A stretch of DNA of 62,980 nt, filler included, from Sphacelaria rigidula (lineage: Eukaryota): the NCBI GenBank assembly GCA_964200075.2. It is 11 parts of 11 records of this genome, joined end to end, with 100 filler letters (N's around TTAATTAATTAA, not from the genome) between each part and the next. Parts side by side here need not be neighbours in the genome. Positions count along the whole stretch, not along the records: positions 45,879 to 51,512 come from CAXNAA020025698.1; positions 51,613 to 57,246 come from CAXNAA020025699.1; positions 57,347 to 62,980 come from CAXNAA020025700.1; 8 more parts are not named here. One strand, given 5' to 3'. Numbering within the stretch: the stretch's first letter is position 1; each line of letters begins with the position of its first letter. The notes below the pieces were generated by a model. It saw nothing but the letters and a program-made list of their open reading frames with translations. It searched no databases and was not told where the DNA came from. A program made the position numbers and the translations under genes. Shown here piece by piece: positions 50,514 through 62,747 of the stretch.

Positions 50514-50867
50514 TCACCGTTTGGGATACCCCGTGATCATTGCCCAATCATGATCCAGCTTCATGCGTCCGTTATGCGCGGCAAGGGTGGGCTTAGGCAA
50601 CAACATCGGCCTTCCCAGCCTGTTGTATCTGACACGCAGATGGGCTCCGCCCTCCACTGCAGCCACTGCACCCGCCGCGGCGTCACTACCGTCACCGCTG
50701 ACGTCAAAAACACTACCGCCGCCCCCGTCCAGCACCTGAAGATGGTGGTGTTTTCGGCTTTGAGCATTTCCGCTACTGCTGCCACTGTTTTGACTGCCGT
50801 GACCAGTGTGGTATTCGTTGACAATACTTGTGGCACTGCTGCCGTGTAAAGTTGTGAAGTTGGCTCT
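50514..50867 (-). CDS. Probable exon of an unidentified host protein
   Basis: gcag| acceptor and an open G/S/A-rich frame ending DHDWAMITGYPKR; no family recognised. Confidence 0.4.
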   Translation of the reverse strand, partial: RANFTTLHGSSATSIVNEYHTGHGSQNSGSSSGNAQSRKHHHLQVLDGGGGSVFDVSGDGSDAAAGAVAAVEGGAHLRVRYNRLGRPMLLPKPTLAAHNGRMKLDHDWAMITGYPKR

Positions 50868-51689
50868 CTGCATGATAATAAGTGCGACCAAAACGGCGTT
50901 ACGGCAGGCGGTGTTTGTACGAATATCAAGGGGCGCGCGTGCACGGTGCAGGGGGAGGGTGGAGGGGGGCGAGGGGGATAAAGATGCCGACTGCAGCGAG
51001 GACGTATATGCAGACGCCGTTTGCTAAAACGAAATACGTAAATTAAATGCTAAGCGTCGTTTTTTCCTTAACGCGGGAATTTGATTCAAAGAAACGGGTC
51101 TCAAACGAACGACCGTTTCTTGGGGCCGTCCTCAAACACCTGTAAACGATAGTGAGAAAAAAACTAAGTGTATCACCTCCATGATCGAGAAGTAGGCCTT
51201 CTGAGTAAAACTCATACTGTATAGTGGCGGGCTTGCCTCTGTACACCAAGGATCGGGGAAAGAACAGAGCAGGGAGAACGGACTTGATAGAATACGTGAC
51301 AGAGTATAAAAACAAATGATGAGCCTAACATGGTTTGATCTCCTGCATGGTTGATGATGAGACAGAAACATCTTATACCAAAATGGCAGACAGGAAAGGG
51401 ATGGAGGGCACGGGGGGGGGGGGGGGGGACCCATTTTTTTCTTTCCCTTGTCGTTTTGTGATTGACCCCGCACCCCTTTCGGGGCGGGGCCCCCTTTCTT
51501 CTCTTTAAAGGGNNNNNNNNNNNNNNNNNNNNNNNNNNNNNNNNNNNNNNNNNNNNTTAATTAATTAANNNNNNNNNNNNNNNNNNNNNNNNNNNNNNNN
51601 NNNNNNNNNNNNCCTTTTTTTTAAAGTCGACCTTTTGTTGCTGAAAATGCAAGTTGACCAAAAACGCAACTGTGACCTGCGGAAAATGC

Positions 51690-51839
51690 AAAGGTGCTCT
51701 TGAACGGTCTCAGCGAGTAGAGCAAGTCATTCCAAGGTTTCAACATCTGTCTAGCCCTGTCTTCGAGGGAAAAACGACGGAGAAGGGCCAAAGATGCACT
51801 TTTCAACAAGTTTTATATTTTGATACATCAGATGTAGCA
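51690..51839 (+). mobile_element. Right arm of the Harbinger-type family seen at 43144-43418
   Basis: GTCTCAGCGAGTAGAGCAAGTCAT..ATGCACTTTTCAACAAGTTTT shared. Confidence 0.8.
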
Positions 51840-52736
51840 TTTGAGGAGAGATTAGACTAGTGGAAGTGCCTGTCGACAACCTTTTCACGTTGGCAACAAA
51901 CACTAAGAGATGACTCTAGTGAGTGAGGGGCCGCAGGGTGAAACTCCGATCCGATAACCGCGATAGACAACGGCAAACCTCCGTCAAACTTGGACGGGTG
52001 ACGAAAAAGTCCCAAAGAGGGTGGGATGCCAGGTCGAAGCAGAGTTAATTTATAAGCTCAGGACCATACCTTGTGCAAATATTGTTGGCTTGGCCACCCC
52101 GCCCCTAGCGCACACACATACACACAGACAAGAGAGATGGAAAACTTGCTGAAAAAAGAAAAATAGACGGTGCATAAATTTCCGCACTGCTTGCCGTCGA
52201 AAAATATCAATTCCATCATGCAAGAATAGATGGGACGACAAAACAACACACACAAGCCTCTTCTCATCACAAAAAACGTACGAAGAGGCTCATAGGCACG
52301 CACACGGGGGTGGGGGAAGGGGGGGCATGTCAGCAACACCATCCTAAAATAGGAGATGAAGTAGCACAAGTGCCTGTCGAGGACTCATCATCTGTTTGCG
52401 TGGTTGCCGTTAGAAGGGCGGGCTTCCTTCGTCGCAAATTTCGAAAAGCTTTCTACACTTATTTTCTCAAGATGATGTCGTTTATTGCACGGTTGGAAAA
52501 ACAACAAGGAAAAACACCGCACTACAGGCCGAGAAACACGGCAATGCAGGCACCGCCGCGAGCATTGACGTATTTCAGAATGGTGGGCTCAGAAGTAATT
52601 ATACCCTCGGCGGATTTTAGCTTCGCGATGTTGCTCGAGAGAGCCACACAGCTGGTGGTGTGCTTCTATTGTATTCATTTTTAGCATTAACTTTGGAACA
52701 CATCGCACCATCATACTTTCTGTATTTTCTGTGCAG

Positions 52737-52823
52737 GTGGATGCGGGCAAAATCAGGATTGATCCCAATGCCCCGAAGAAACGGGTCATTTTCCTGCGAC
52801 ACGCAGAATCCGAGTGGAACGAG
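52737..52823 (+). CDS. Exon of a histidine phosphatase (phosphoglycerate mutase-like) protein
   Basis: tgcag| and |gtgcgc boundaries, 87 nt, phase 0/0; KRVIFLRHAESEWNE is the RH(G/A)xxxxN catalytic motif. Confidence 0.9.
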
Positions 52824-53500
52824 GTGCGCACTTGAGATATGGTGTGCACAACTACTGTTTTGTCATTTTCTAATCGTGGCGCTGCATTGTATTGGTGGGT
52901 GCACTGGTTGGGCAGGGTCCGTCCTGTGGAGGTGGTGCATAGCAGTTTGAATGCAAGGAGAGCAAGAGGTATGTCCTGAGCGCTACATGCATGATGACCC
53001 GGAGAGCATTTTTCCTGTCGAAGCTTTATCCTTTGAAGACTTGAATGCTTCGGTTTAGGTTTTAGAATATGCTCATTTTGAATGATTTTCAATCAGAAAC
53101 GCTTGAACCAAAGCACAGTACTTGAAAAATGTCATTTATTTTGGCAACACCTCGACATGTGTCAGTAGTATGTGTGTTCAGCTAACCCGTCATGCGGCAC
53201 CCACTACGAGCTAGGGCAGCGTAAATGCTCACATTCATCCAGCACATGATATTCTGTTAAGTTTTTCGAATCAATCTTATGTAAACGTGTTGCTATGAAG
53301 TGCAGACCAACCTGCCGATGCACACTTTGCCGCCTGGAAAAATGGAGAAAAGAAGCTACGGCATAAAATACAGTACTGGGCGCCTGAACTGTTCATGTTG
53401 GTAATTTTCACGTAATCGGCGATTTTGTTAAGTTCTTTCGCTTGCCACCGCTCATCATATCGACGATCTGAAGATACCTGCATCCGCTTCACGCTCTACG

Positions 53501-53915
53501 AAAGAAAAATATTCTGTACTCGATATTGAGTAACTAACGAGCTGATCGGTCATCGGGGGTCCTGCCACGTTTCGACCCAAATTCTGACTCTTCGGCATTT
53601 TCGGTCAATCGAGCCTGTCCGGATCGTAGTTGTGAGGAAATGTGCCGGATTTTTTTTTAAATTTTACCTACTCATTGCACTAGAGCCGAATAACTGTGTT
53701 TCACTGTCAATAGCACCCTCCTGATGAACGGGGTATCTACTCGTATCGCCCGATAACACCAAGTAACACTAACTTGGGCACTGGGGGGAGGGAAGCAAGA
53801 CGACCTGTTCATTTCACCAAAAGCTACTGACGCTGGCACTTCCGGGTTTTATCGAAAAGTAGTCGCGAGAGAAAATCCTCCTAAGCAATAAATAATCCAG
53901 GCGCCCAGTACTATA
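53501..53915 (+). mobile_element. Partial CAGTAG-family MITE
   Basis: Colinear with about 21130-21536. Confidence 0.85.
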
Positions 53916-53954
53916 TGACCTCAATGACGAGACCAGCTTCCGCAAGAGATAATA

Positions 53955-54022
53955 AAAATGTCTGTCGGGATTCGAACTCGTGACCTTGCGCCCTTGTGGA
54001 GGTCTCTTATACCAGCTATAAT
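53955..54022 (-). mobile_element. tRNA-derived SINE-like head
   Basis: Minus strand TATAGCTGGT (A-box-like)..GGTCACGAGTTCGAATCCCG (B box) followed by a T run; no complete cloverleaf. Confidence 0.5.
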
Positions 54023-54717
54023 AGACACCGTTGCCACACAAAAAAAAGAAGTGGAATGTATGGTCCAATTTGACGAGTCTTGAATTAAACTTCGACACAA
54101 AAATTTCACGTCAGTATGCCAAAACGCATTACAGTAGCCGAGGATATATACATTTATATGCTGAGTTATGACGGTTCTTATTTTGTTTCAGAATCTTGAA
54201 TTACCTCCAGTTTCCTGATTTCCCACCCTTTTTTTCTTGACTCTTGCAGTACGTTTTTTTGCATCTTGATTATCTTACCCTTTGTGTCAAACGCTTATCT
54301 TGTTTTTTTTTCTGGCACGAGCTGTGCAAAGCTGGTCGAGCGCAAAACACGCTTCAGGCGGACCCAGATCGTATTCTTCCCATGTTCCCTGCAGAAACTA
54401 CGCGGTTTCATCGAAGTCAACGGCATGGTTTCTGGGTTTAATGTCGTGGTGTTGGCTTCCCCCCTGTCCCCCTTCCCCCCTACAGGATAAAAGTTGCCCA
54501 CCGGTTACGAGAGTAGTGACACAAACCAGTCTCGTGGAGGAGGGGTTGGTGAAATCATGGTAAAGTTTGCGCAAGACCATGACGCCCCCATTGTGCCGTG
54601 CACTATTGAACTCTCTCTCTCTCTCCCTCTTTCTCTCTCTCTCCCATGTTTTCGTGGGAAATAAGGGATGGGTGGCAGCTGCCACCTAGACTTGACCCCC
54701 CCTCCCCTCTCCCCCGC

Positions 54718-54765
54718 GACAATCAATGGTCTTATGACTAAGGCATGCATGATCATGAGTATACC
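54718..54765 (+). mobile_element. LINE 3' tail with 14-bp TSD
   Basis: CCCCTCTCCCCCGC at 54704-54717 and 54766-54779; insert TCAATGGTCTTATGACTAAGGCATGCATGATCATGAGTA aligns to 7098-7135. Confidence 0.88.
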
Positions 54766-54799
54766 CCCCTCTCCCCCGCTCAAAGCGTCCCCGTTTGAG

Positions 54800-55140
54800 G
54801 GCTGGCGTCGGTTGGTAATGACGCTATTAAATACGTCACTCACTGCGTAAGCGAGGCAACCAGGTTACCGTTTTTTTTTCTCAATTGTGTGTGTGTGTGT
54901 GTGTGTGTGCGTGTTCTCTTTCTTTTTTGCGGTAAGCATGATGCTGGTCGGATTAGATCATATTGTGCGGGTTGGAAAAACCTCGACTCCGCGCAGAGGG
55001 GATGATCGTAACACGTGATGTTTAAATGGTGGGGCACCCATGAAGCGGTGTGGAACCCGCGGCTGTCTCTAGAATTGGCGATACAAGAAAATGAAGCAAC
55101 TCCTTCGAGGCTGTCATCCATGTGCAAGATGATCAGTACG
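54800..55140 (+). repeat. ~330-bp dispersed repeat, copy 1
   Basis: Colinear with 56931-57246. Confidence 0.85.
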
Positions 55141-55226
55141 CCTCGAGGCGGATGATCTCCGCAGGATGCAGCTCACCCTTCATGCGACTCACCGAACAGA
55201 AAACGACGCTTCGCGCTTTGAGATAA

Positions 55227-55322
55227 AGAGCCTGGTCCAGCGACAACCCGGCGTTCTCGGTCCTGACTACAGGGATGCGAGGTCGATAGTCGTATGACTA
55301 CGGCATACAGAATCATGAGTAC
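55227..55322 (+). mobile_element. LINE 3' tail
   Basis: Matches the reverse complement of 22657-22755; followed by poly-C. Confidence 0.8.
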
Positions 55323-55810
55323 ACCCCCCCCCCCCCCCCCCCCCCCCCCCCCACACCAAAAAAAAAAAAAAAAAGGAGAACAAGAACAAAAAGGGCAAAG
55401 ACGAATAAGAANNNNNNNNNNGGGACCGGGGTCGAAAAGCGATCGACTACGGCAACAAAAAACATAAGTCCACCCCCCCCCCCCCTATCTCCCAGAAAAA
55501 GGGAAAAGGAAGAGAACGGGAAAAAACACCGTGAAGCCGGCCATTTTGGAAAGGAACTGTGCAAGAGCTCCGGTGATAGACGTCGCTATGAAACAGCGTG
55601 TTGCGGCTAATTTATACAAAAACAAATTGGTCTAAATTCACTGGCCACAAGCGCCCAAAATGACGTAGTGTCAACACCGCGAAGCGTGGATGTGCACGTG
55701 CGATACGCGGTTGGATTCGCAGCGAAGGCCAATACTAGCGCTCTGAGCCACCGTGTTGCCAAGGCTTCCGTACACACGAGCAAGCAAATCTTAGCACACC
55801 CTGAACGAAA

Positions 55811-56047
55811 GATTCCATTGTCAAAAAGTGTACTTGGTACAGTATAGACTATTGCGTCTATTGTCAAAAAGTGTACTGGGTACAGTATAGACTTTTGCGT
55901 CTATTGTCAAAAAAGTGTTCTGGGTACAGTATAGACTATTGCGTCTATTGTGAAAAAGTGTACTGGGTACAGTATCGACTATTGCGTCTATTGCAATAGA
56001 CAACAGATTCCATACTGTGCACAGTACATTTTTTTGACAATGGAATC
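55811..56047. repeat. TIR-bounded element containing four ~43-bp tandem units
   Basis: Unit ATTGTCAAAAAGTGTACTGGGTACAGTATAGACTATTGCGTCT; GATTCCATTGTCAAAAA mirrored by TTTTTGACAATGGAATC. Confidence 0.85.
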
Positions 56048-56391
56048 CATTGATCAGGGTGTGCATCGTAGTCTGTACCAGTAGCAGCAGCAGCGGCGGC
56101 GGCGGCAGTAGCAGTGCCAATTTATGTGTGCATGATTGTCGGTCGCTTCTCGTACGTAGGGCTGCCATGTCCGAAGTTGGTAGAATCAGCGTGGATTTTT
56201 TTACTAGGGACAAAGCCGGCCCTGATTGGCCTTGCTGGGTCTTACCCGAGGTGGTACTTATGCTTCGCAAAAATTCACAGCACACTTCGAATGGGGTTAA
56301 GATCGACTCTCTCCTACTGCCCTACAGTACAGTTTGAGTGATTATGCACCTGAGTTTGTTCCGTATGTTGCTTTTCAGCTGCTGCTGCCGG

Positions 56392-56430
<39 letters not shown>
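56392..56430. repeat. (TGT)n microsatellite
   Basis: Directly visible. Confidence 0.95.
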
Positions 56431-56930
56431 GTGCGCTACACGTGTGTGTTTTGCACACTCTGGAAAATAATTTACATTACATTTCGGCAAAAAAAATGGT
56501 GTAATGCATTGTCCAAGGTGTGGTGTTTCGTCGAATGCATGTCGTGTCGTTGGCGCGCCCTCTTCTTTTCACCCTTTCATTTTTTTTTTATCCTTTCCTT
56601 TTTTTTCATGTGGCGGCATTGATTGTAAAAAAAGGTTTTCAATCGTGGCTTTGGCCCCGGATTCTTCGTCCGTCTTGTGAGCGCGTTAATCCGAGAGGTG
56701 ATGATGCTCGGCACACGGGACAGCGTTCTCTTTGACTCCCCGCTCAGCACCACTGGAATAGCACAGGTGAGATGAAGAGGAAGAAACGATCGCGATCTAG
56801 AGGGGGAGGGGGGGGGGCGAGATATGTAGCCGAAGAGCATGAACTTTCAAACAAAAAGGAGAGGGGGGGGGGGGACATGCTCATTCGTTGCTTGCCTTGG
56901 TTGTTGGAGTACGCCCCCACCCCCCTATGC

Positions 56931-57246
56931 GGTTGGCGTCGGTTGGCGACGACGCTGTAATACACGCCACTCACTGCGTAAGCCAGGCAATCAGGTTACC
57001 GCATTTGTTTTTGCGCGTTCGCGTTGTTTTTGCGGTAACCATGATGGAGGTTGAGCTAGATCATGTTGTGCGGCGCGGGAGAACCTCAACGCCGCACAAA
57101 ATGGATGATCGTACGACGTCGTGTTTACTGTAAATGACGAACAACCCATGAGGCAGTGTATTAACCGTGGCTGTCTCTGGAAGTGGCGATACCAGAAAAT
57201 GAAGCAATTCATTGTAGGCTGTCATCCGAATGCAAGATGATGAGTA
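56931..57246 (+). repeat. ~330-bp dispersed repeat, copy 2 (cut by the contig end)
   Basis: Colinear with 54800-55140. Confidence 0.85.
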
Positions 57247-57346
57247 NNNNNNNNNNNNNNNNNNNNNNNNNNNNNNNNNNNNNNNNNNNNTTAATTAATT
57301 AANNNNNNNNNNNNNNNNNNNNNNNNNNNNNNNNNNNNNNNNNNNN

Positions 57347-59029
57347 TATCATCCGACGGAATCCACAAAACATCACTACTGCCAACACGCACGCGAAACA
57401 AACCATCGTCAGCCATAGGAGCTTGACCGGAAGTCTTAGGAAAAGAATGAACACCGTCGCCGACTGTTTTGCGCTGCGCAGTGCGAATGACATCTAACGA
57501 GGGCGGCGAATCATCGGCATCACACGGGCTGTACACGGCAACAGAACGAATAGGCACGGTAGGAACCTTCACCCAGCGAGACAACAAATCTCCCCAACAA
57601 TTGCGCTCTCCAAGAATGTGTTCGATGGCATACCGATATCGGCCTAGTACTTCTTTCCAATTTTCAAGCCGTTGTGCCATGGCCTTCGTCACCGATGTGA
57701 CACACTCTTCGGAGTTAAAAATGTACCTGAGATTGCGATGATCGGTGAAAATGCGGACACCACCCCAAAGCACGCACTTTAGCCTTCGAAATGTATTGAC
57801 TACCGCCAAACCTTCGTTGTCCACTGTCGCCCACCGCAACTGTGGACCCTTGAAACTACCACTCAGAAAAACCAATGGTTCGTGTGACATGTTTTCGAGC
57901 GCAATGCCACTACTAAACTCTGCGACAGGCACTTGCGTAAAAAAACTACCCCAGTGAAAATCGGAAGCATCTGGAAACATGAAAACAACGCATCCTGGAC
58001 GAGGATGATACAGCGGCACCGCTTGCGCCACCAAATCTTGCGCAGCACGCCATTCCCGCACACGATCCTCCGTCCAAGCGTTCTCCGGAATGGTATGATT
58101 ACGCGCCACCCGCTTGGTCCGACGCGAAGCCCCGACCATGAGTTGTTCCAGAAATACTCGAAGCGGGGCAACTACTTCCGTCATGCGCGGGAGCGAAGTC
58201 CGCAACCAATTCACCGCCTGCAGAAACTGCATCAGCTCACTAGCGATTTGAGGACGTCGCATATTGCTCAAACCTTGAATACGGACGAGATCCTGCGAAA
58301 CAGTACCCTCGGAGTATACCTTACCACACCAACCCACTTCGCGTGCGAAAAAAGTACACTTATGCGCAGCGACGAACAGACCAACACTCTCTAAGCGGCC
58401 AAGACTTTCGTCAAGTAAAGCTAACAGTGTATCTTCGGTTTCAGCGAAATGGAAAACATCATCCACCCACACTTTGAAATCTACACCTCGCAAAATGTCA
58501 GTCAGCACACCTTGGACATACGCCGTGGCGTTCAACACGCCCTGCGGGACACGGGTAGGCGTAAATAAACCGTCCGGCGTGAAGATCCTGAGCCTCCGGC
58601 GCCGGAGGCATCTGCCAGTACCCCTGTAGCAGGTCCAACTTGCCGAAGCATTGGGCTCCCAGCAACTCCCGCATGTCTTCTTGGCTTGGCATCACCCCCG
58701 GAGACTGTTCCACTTGCGCGTTCATCGCCTGGTAGTCGCTGACCAAACGGAATGTGTCCCTTTTCGGCACCGCCATCGCCGGACTCGCCCACACAGCCTG
58801 GATGTTCCTCGCCACTAAACCAAACGCCACCAGAGCTGCGATGCATGAGGCAAGCCACCCGGTCTTCACCGGATCGTACCGTCTGGGCTTGGCCTTCACC
58901 GCATTTGCTTGAGGCTTAAGCTGCATCCTCATGGGCTCGACGCGCGCTGGCGGATCACCAGGCAGCGCACGGCGAAATGTATCTACGTGACGAGCCAAAT
59001 ATCGCGCAGACAACGTGCGCCATCGGCGC
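57347..59029 (-). mobile_element. Ty3/Gypsy pol fragment (RT-RNase H) with one frameshift
   Basis: WASPAMAVPK, FRLVSDY, LDLLQGYWQ, /TPTRVPQGVLNA, VWVDDV, FPDASDFHWG, IFTDHRNL, IEHILGERNCWGDLLSRW. Confidence 0.96.
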
Positions 59030-59282
59030 TGTAGACTCTAGCCACCATTGTCACCTAGGGACATTTGTAGGTGGAGTTGCGGGTCTGATTGCCGGATTCT
59101 GTGATAGTGACCTCCATGACGAGTAGGCTTGATTTTGCCACTCTGGTGGAGAGAGGCTATGGTCTTGTTCTCCTGTACTATGCTGAAGGTTAATATATGA
59201 ATAACTAAAGCTGCTGAAGTTCATGTGCCCGTGATGGGAGGGGTCCACATGGCAATCTGATCTTGAATGACAGAAGTCTACA
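59030..59282 (+). repeat. 5' LTR (253 bp)
   Basis: TGTAGACT...AGTCTACA inverted ends. Confidence 0.9.
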
Positions 59283-60646
59283 ATGACGATTTAGTCCGCT
59301 GACTAGTGGTAGGCCCGCTGAAAGCAGCTGACACTTCAAGATAGGGATGTCTGCAGGCCTGATCAGCTTGTAGCAAGCAAGACCAGCTCAAGGCGTGTTA
59401 ACGTCGCGAGGAGTTGGAGAAGCAGAGCCGAGGAGGTTCTGAGGCAGTGCTAGGGTGGGCTGTGGTATCGCTCGTGCGAGAGGTGCGGGGGGTTGACCGA
59501 CAGCTGGCGAGCCCGTGCGCATTCCAGAAAAAGCGGCGCAATTACTGTACTGCCTAGTGGAGCCAGCGAGAGTTACTTGCTCCACGCTTGGCCAGGGACG
59601 GCCAGGAAGAGGAGTCTAAGGACTTCAAACACGACGTGGTGAGATCTGCGTGAGGAAGGGGCGCTGTCGCCATTGCCATTGTAAAGTAGTACAGCGCGTC
59701 TCGGTGTAAGGAGAGAGTTGTTGTTCCTGTGAGTGGGAGGCGACTGCGTTTTTCAAAAAGGCGGTGTGGAGTGCTGTACTGCTGACCGAAATGGATGAGG
59801 GGCAGGGATATGTCATCGTCGAGGGTCGTGTTGTTCCTGTACTGGCGCTGGAGATGCCGTACTACGACCGCAAGTTTTCGAGCGAGAAATCGGCCTGGCT
59901 TTACGCAAATACGAGCAATATTTGCGAGATGTAGATCAGGTGAACGCGCGGTGGACAAACCTTTTTGAGGTGGCAGCAGTTTCTGAGCTCATGCCGAAAC
60001 ATATCGCGAAATGTCTGTGTGACACGTTCTTGAAACATGATTATGATGTTGAGGGCGAGCAGATGCTTTTTGCGTTGCGCAAACATGCGCCGTGCGGTGG
60101 GGCGCATTGCACTGTGAAAGCCGAGAAGCATGTGTCTGTCCGAGGGGACAGGCACGACAGTGCACCCGCCGCACGTACAGTAGGTGCTGCGCGTTTGAAA
60201 CAACGATACAAGACAAATGCTTGCACTGTGAAAGCCGAGAAACATGTGTCTTCCCGAGGGGATAGGCGCGATAGTGCACCCGCTGAACGTGCAGTCGGTA
60301 GGGCGCGTCTTAAACCACGATACAGGGCAGCTGTTTCCACTGTGCAGAGCGGGAAGGAGACGCAGCACGTGTCTGTCAAAAGGGTTTAGCATGAGAGCGT
60401 GTCCGCCGACAATACCACGGTAAGCATTGGTTAGGATCCTGCTGGTATTGCTGCTGGAGAGGGCGAATATGTCACGCAGCTCAAGCAGACTGCAGGCAGC
60501 TCAGCTGCAGCTATTGCAGTTCAGGAGTGCGCTGAGCAAGAGGTGGCGGCTTTATCGAGTATGGGTGCTGCTGCTGCTGTTGGCGATGTTGAGAGGGCGG
60601 GGCCTACATGGACCAATGATCAAGTACTGGTGGGCGGAGGTCCCAG

Positions 60647-61456
60647 TTGCTTGTTGCCGCCGGACCAGCACGTAGCTGGAGATACTCCTTGCATGCTCGA
60701 AGCTGCAGGGGGTGTTATTCGCGTATTGCGAAAGAGCAGGGTGAGCTTGGGGCTTGCCGTGCTCATGGTGAATCTATCTGCGCCGGTGACATCGCGGGAG
60801 ATCGTTCAGATGGTTTGCAGGGGTGTCTGCTTGAAGGACAGGTGGATGCCGGGTTGGAGGAATTACCGCCGGAGCAGCGCGTAGCTGTGGACACGCCTTG
60901 CATAATCGAAACAGCAGCGGCGTGTGACCCGCGCGAAGCGGGTACGCAGCACGCGTTGCAAGCTCGTGATGCTGTTAGCGATCACAATTTTGACGCCGAC
61001 GATGAACGTCGCGTGGTGTTGGGGTGGTCGTGTGCACTGCTGTTTACATTGACAGCTTTGGCGTATTTGGCGGCGATGGTAGAGGTGTCTCCACTGTTTC
61101 ACCGCGGGGTGTTTGAGGAGGATAGTGTTCCATCAGGAGGTGTTGCTGTTCGGGACTGTGTAGCTGTTCCCGTTTCGCCTCTGGTTTCCTCTGTAAAACT
61201 GACTGAAGCACAGTTGTTCAGTAGTGCCCAAGCATCTGTGGAGGCAGATGATACGTCGCATTGGTTTGGCGGTGCGAATATATCTTTTAGAGGCGTGTTG
61301 AGCTACACCATGGGGGTGCCGGGTGTAGCTAGACTGAAGGTGCAAGGAGGGAGTGTTCGAGAGGAAAGGCTGCCCCACGCTATGCACTGGGTTGTGGTTC
61401 GAGTGCTGCTTTTTCTCGGGAGCGGGCTGGAGGACTACAAAGAAGACATTACCTGA
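60647..61456 (+). CDS. Unknown 269-aa ORF inside the LTR element, with a hydrophobic segment
   Basis: Open frame; VVLGWSCALLFTLTALAYLAAMV; the LPPxQxVAxDTPC motif also occurs in another frame upstream, suggesting a frameshifted longer ORF. Confidence 0.35.
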   Translation: MLVAAGPARSWRYSLHARSCRGCYSRIAKEQGELGACRAHGESICAGDIAGDRSDGLQGCLLEGQVDAGLEELPPEQRVAVDTPCIIETAAACDPREAGTQHALQARDAVSDHNFDADDERRVVLGWSCALLFTLTALAYLAAMVEVSPLFHRGVFEEDSVPSGGVAVRDCVAVPVSPLVSSVKLTEAQLFSSAQASVEADDTSHWFGGANISFRGVLSYTMGVPGVARLKVQGGSVREERLPHAMHWVVVRVLLFLGSGLEDYKEDIT

Positions 61457-62747
61457 GGTGTTCGCTGTTGTGGTGAGCGCCGAGTTAGGTGATGATGTTG
61501 AGGAGCAAGTGCTGTGGTGATTGAGAGCTTGTTAAGAGTGAGAAAACACAATATGACTGGTATTCGCGAATCGTTTTGAGAACGATTGCAGCTTGTCATT
61601 GTGTGGTTTGTGGTCATGTTTGCGCATGAAACATGGTTGTTGAGCGAGTATGATCGTATCGCGTGTGCAGGGTAAAACTCTGGCGTACACGTGGATATTT
61701 GGCATGTGTATGTGGTGCTGATGTGGTTGGCACGGGCGATGCATGGTGTTTGCTGCGAGGAAGAGGGTATTGCATGTGCTGAGTGAAATATTGACATGCA
61801 TGTACGGATTTTCATATGCTGAGTGGAAATTTGGCAGGCATGTGCGAATTTCTGCTCGAATGGTACTGGTATGAATGGTATTTGGTGACGACCTAGGGTT
61901 GAGCAATTTTCAAAACACTGCTGTATGCTAATTGAAGTGAAGCTCGTATAATCGTGTTCGCGCAGGAACACAGTCGAACCATATTTGTGCGGTTTGCACG
62001 TACTAACTGCAGGATATATGGATTGCTGCTGTTAGCGTGAAAATGAGCGCAAATATACAACGCAAATATACAAAATGCGTAGGCCCGTCGCCGTTGTTGG
62101 ATTGGTATACATGGCTTGAAAAGCGGTTTGAGCCATGGCTTTCCTTCGATTGTCTTTATGAAATGAAGGCAGATTGAAGCATTGAAGCTTTGATGGCGGG
62201 GAGGCATGCGATGCATACGTTTTGTACGGGGTTGAAAGCAAGAGGCCAGGTACGCTTCAGACGTGTTGGTGCCTATTTCCTTCTAGCGTGAGGATGATGT
62301 ATCATTTGGCTGTTGCACTCCGTTGCGCAGGTGTTGAACGTACAAAGAGCGAATTTCGTATGTTGAAGATTATCTTGTCTCGGATGAGAGGGACGATGAG
62401 TCACGAATGCTCTGGAATTTGACGTTTGCTTGCATTTCCGGTTTCGAGCCGATGAAGAGTCAAGAAACTTGTTTTGGGCGAAGATTTGAGTATTTGGCGC
62501 TAGCTATCGCTTTGTAACTTGAAGTGGTGCAAGTAGCGTGATTGCATGTTCATGATGGACGATATTTTGTTGGAATCTCTTGCGAGCTGTTCGGAAGTAG
62601 GGCTAGCTTGTATGGAGCTGTTGTCGAAAGCAGCGGAAGAGATTGCTAATCTTTGCGGGAACGACGGTACTATCAGGCACCAACGATGTCTGAGTTTGTC
62701 AAGCTCTGATGTAACTACTTGTTGGTAGTAAAGATCTTTGGGGGTGC

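Noticed and set aside
53955..54022. tRNA gene
   Set aside because: B box present but acceptor, D and anticodon stems do not form
55817..55994. CRISPR-like array
   Set aside because: Head-to-tail units with no unique spacers, no cas genes, eukaryotic context
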